Of a stretch of 57,656 nt of DNA, positions 55,378 to 57,656 are shown one piece after another (the stretch's first letter is position 1; each line of letters begins with the position of its first letter). This DNA comes from Clostridiales bacterium UBA3953 (GTDB lineage Bacteria > Bacillota > Clostridia > Oscillospirales > CAG-272). The stretch covers positions 23,345 to 81,000 of the forward strand of contig DGDL01000041.1 of assembly GCA_002385415.1 (NCBI GenBank). Direction: 5' to 3'. The notes under the pieces are model-generated. The model did no database searches, was not told the DNA's origin, and saw only the letters and a list, made by a program, of their open reading frames with translations. A program made the translations under genes and the position numbers.

Positions 55378-56472
55378 ATGAGTGAGAAAATCAAAATTGG
55401 CTTGTGTGGCACGGGCGGTATCGCTCACGCTCACATGGACAGGTATATGAAATTTGACGACGTCGAGATAGTCGGCGCATGCGACATAGTCCCCGGCAAG
55501 GCGAGAGCGTTCCTTGACAGATATGGGCTTACGGATGTGCCCGCTTTTGAGAGCGTGCACGAGATGGTAAAGCATGTGCAGATGGACGGCGCGAGCGTTT
55601 GCACCTATAACACCACTCACGCCGAGTGCAGCATTGCGCTGATGGAGGCGGGCGCACATGTGCTTTGCGAAAAGCCCATGTCATTTACGCTGCAGGAAGC
55701 TGTCGAGATGGTGCGCGCCTCGCACAAGACCGGCAAGTTCCTCTCTATCGGATTCCAGCCGCGATTCGACTTTATGCGCCAGCGCGTAGACAGCATTATA
55801 CAGTCAGGCGCGTTAGGGAAGGTCTACTATGTGCAGAGCGGCGGCGGGCGCCGCAGAGGCATCCCCGGCGGAACCTTTATAGAGTCCAGCAAAGCGGGTT
55901 TCGGCTGCCTCGGCGACATCGGCTGCTACTCGATTGACGAGTGCATGCATGCTATTGGCTATCCAAAGCCGCTCACCGTTTCGGCAATCGCGACCGACTA
56001 TTTCGGCAAGAACCCCAAATATTGGCCCGATACCGATAAGTTTGACGTTGACGACTTTTCGGTTGCGCTCGTGCGTCTTGAGGGTGACGTGACGTTTGTA
56101 TTCAAACAGTCGTGGGCAATGCATGCCGACACGCTGGGCGACACGCTGTGGCTGGGCACCGAGGGCGCGATAAAAATTCTCAACGGATTTGACGAGCACA
56201 GACGCCCCTCGCGCGTCATGTACTTCACCGACATAAACGGTCAGCACCTTGACTCTTACATCGAAGCTAACGTTCCCTTCGACGCGTACACAACAGTGCG
56301 CCCGCGCGACATGTGGGACGGCAAGATGCGCACCTTTGTCGACGCCGTCAAGACAAACGGCCCCGCCCCCGTTCCGTGCGAGGAAATCCTCTACAACCAG
56401 GCGATATTGGACGGCATCTACCGCTCTGCAAAACTCCGCAGAGAAGTAGAAATCGAGATTCCCGAAATTTAA
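55378..56472 (+). CDS. Gfo/Idh/MocA family oxidoreductase
   Basis: N-terminal Rossmann motif IGLCGTGGIA and the EKP motif (LCEKPMS). Confidence 0.82.
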   Translation: MSEKIKIGLCGTGGIAHAHMDRYMKFDDVEIVGACDIVPGKARAFLDRYGLTDVPAFESVHEMVKHVQMDGASVCTYNTTHAECSIALMEAGAHVLCEKPMSFTLQEAVEMVRASHKTGKFLSIGFQPRFDFMRQRVDSIIQSGALGKVYYVQSGGGRRRGIPGGTFIESSKAGFGCLGDIGCYSIDECMHAIGYPKPLTVSAIATDYFGKNPKYWPDTDKFDVDDFSVALVRLEGDVTFVFKQSWAMHADTLGDTLWLGTEGAIKILNGFDEHRRPSRVMYFTDINGQHLDSYIEANVPFDAYTTVRPRDMWDGKMRTFVDAVKTNGPAPVPCEEILYNQAILDGIYRSAKLRREVEIEIPEI

Positions 56473-56480
56473 CAGATAAC

Positions 56481-56516
56481 AAGCCGCTCTCGGAGCAGTC
56501 CGAGGGCGGCTTTTTT
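56481..56516 (+). terminator. intrinsic terminator after the oxidoreductase gene
   Basis: 13-bp stem AAGCCGCTCTCGG / CCGAGGGCGGCTT followed by TTTT. Confidence 0.75.
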
Positions 56517-56621
56517 GCACCAAAACCAGACTTGGCGAAAACACTCGGCGAGCAAAAGCTGTTTTGCGCCTATAATATCAGTTTGAATTTGTTATTGCTT
56601 CTGCAGTGCTTACAAATGCAA

Positions 56622-57107
56622 CTATATAGGGCATTTAAGTTTCAGTTCGAAGGCAGGCTTTGTAACGTATGCAAGATATGTGGGCCTTCTGCTGTATTCG
56701 AGAAATGCCTTAAAACGCTCGGCATGCGCGGGCGAGCCGAGCAGTCTGTCCAGTACCCGGTCGCGCGGGACAAATGCAGACTCCGAATTTTCCTCGGACG
56801 GACGCGGCACGCCGTCTTTTACCCGGCATATAAAGTCAAACATGACTTTTGTGGGCACCTCGCCGCTTTCTATCGCATATTTACCAACGTTTGAGGACAC
56901 GCAAAACAGCTCGCCGACCTCAACGTCGACGCCGGTCTCCTCCATTATCTCCCTTTTCACTGCTTCGATAAGGTTCTCACCGACTTCAACCTGGCCGCCG
57001 GGGAAACCCCAGCCCGATTTATAGGTCTTAACGAGCAGTATATCGCCGTCGCCGTTGACCACCACGCCTGCCGCCGCAACGATATGTGTGGGTATAACGA
57101 AGCTCAT
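56622..57107 (-). CDS. NUDIX hydrolase
   Basis: Nudix box GGQVEVGENLIEAVKREIMEETG. The start is at MSFVIPT with a GAGGT RBS. The upstream 61 codons of the track ORF are not Nudix-like. Confidence 0.8.
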   Translation of the reverse strand: MSFVIPTHIVAAAGVVVNGDGDILLVKTYKSGWGFPGGQVEVGENLIEAVKREIMEETGVDVEVGELFCVSSNVGKYAIESGEVPTKVMFDFICRVKDGVPRPSEENSESAFVPRDRVLDRLLGSPAHAERFKAFLEYSRRPTYLAYVTKPAFELKLKCPI

Positions 57108-57265
57108 AAAACTACCTCGCTTTTCGGGAGTGTTGCTAAGATTGTAATCCTGCGCTGCGAATTTTGCAATATCGGGAGGCAAAAAAGCGATTAGCGAGGC
57201 AAAGGTTTCAAATGAAAAGCACTGTATAGGCGGCACAAGGCACATATCCCCAGGACGGGCAGGCG

Positions 57266-57627
57266 TTAATCCTTTCTGCATTCGGGGCAATAGCCGTATA
57301 CGTTGAGTCTGTGCCCGGTTATCTCATACCCAGTCTCGCCTTCAAGCGCCTGTTCGTATTCGGCGAGCGGGCAGGACGAGATGGGGGTTATTTTTTTGCA
57401 GCCGACGCACACGAGATGGTGGCGGTGCGTGCTGTCGCTGTACTCGTACAGTGCCTTTCCGCTCTCCTCGAACACAACTTTGTTAGCAAGCCCTGCCTCA
57501 CAAAGCGACTCGAGCGTGCGGTAGACAGTCGATAGATTTACGGAGGATCCTCTTTCCTTCAGTTCGGTGTAAATCTGCTCTGCGTGGGCAGGCTGCTCGG
57601 CCGACTTCAAATAGATAAGTATAACCT
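57266..57627 (-). CDS. Fur family transcriptional regulator, N-terminus cut by the contig end/adapter
   Basis: ...AEQIYTELKERGSSVNLSTVYRTLESL... forms the winged helix, with HHLVCVGCKK and CPEC metal sites. The reading frame stays open upstream of the track start until the adapter junction. Confidence 0.8.
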
Positions 57628-57656
57628 CTGTCTCTTATATACATCTCCTATCCCAC
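57628..57656. other. sequencing adapter read-through (Tn5 mosaic end plus Nextera i7-side sequence), not genomic
   Basis: CTGTCTCTTATATACATCT matches CTGTCTCTTATACACATCT at 18 of 19 positions. The following CCTATCCCAC matches CCGAGCCCAC at 8 of 10. Confidence 0.85.

Noticed and set aside
1-57656. tRNA, rRNA, tmRNA, SRP RNA, RNase P RNA, IS elements, integrases and toxin-antitoxin or recognisable defence-system genes other than the cas3 relic.
   Set aside because: No characteristic motifs were seen on either strand (T-loop GGTTCGAATCC-type arms, the SRP GGAAGCAGCC core, transposase or recombinase-sized ORFs). This is an eye scan, not a tRNAscan or cmscan result.

Overview
This is a 57.6-kb chromosomal segment from a GC-rich, endospore-forming Firmicute that looks like a Clostridia member. 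Hand-counted lines give about 60% G+C. The sporulation call rests on spoVM, spmA/spmB, ytfJ plus a DUF2953 gene, abrB with a Spo0A-box-like site, a dacB-like gene, scpA/scpB and lon-engB. Most of the window is ordinary housekeeping: gltX-vanZ-glnS, metY, purC-purB-purA-guaA, rsgA, birA, pcrA, lysA, lon, a P-type ATPase and fur. Four loci are not ordinary. (1) 11.3-13.1 kb holds a decayed type I-C CRISPR-Cas locus. cas3 is cut after about 255 codons and fused in frame to a CRISPR repeat, and two 35-nt spacers remain. One repeat appears to be split exactly by a roughly 750-bp AT-rich insertion carrying a lipoprotein-like ORF. (2) 26.7-37.1 kb holds a cryptic siphovirus-like prophage remnant. No integrase, replication, lysis or tape-measure gene was recognised, and the structural gene order is not canonical. 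(3) A yybP-ykoY (Mn2+) riboswitch-like leader precedes the P-type ATPase. (4) An orphan promoter followed by about 185 nt of hairpin-rich non-coding DNA lies between pcrA and spmB. Two micro-ORFs below the ORF-track cutoff are proposed, a SpoVM-like 25-aa peptide and a 51-aa membrane peptide. The last 29 nt of the window are Nextera/Tn5 adapter read-through, not biology. No rRNA or tRNA gene was recognised. I could not support a complete, previously undescribed multi-gene system, and the CRISPR-repeat-splitting AT-rich cassette and the scrambled prophage remnant are the best leads. All protein calls rest on motif recognition by eye, because no database search or folding program was run.
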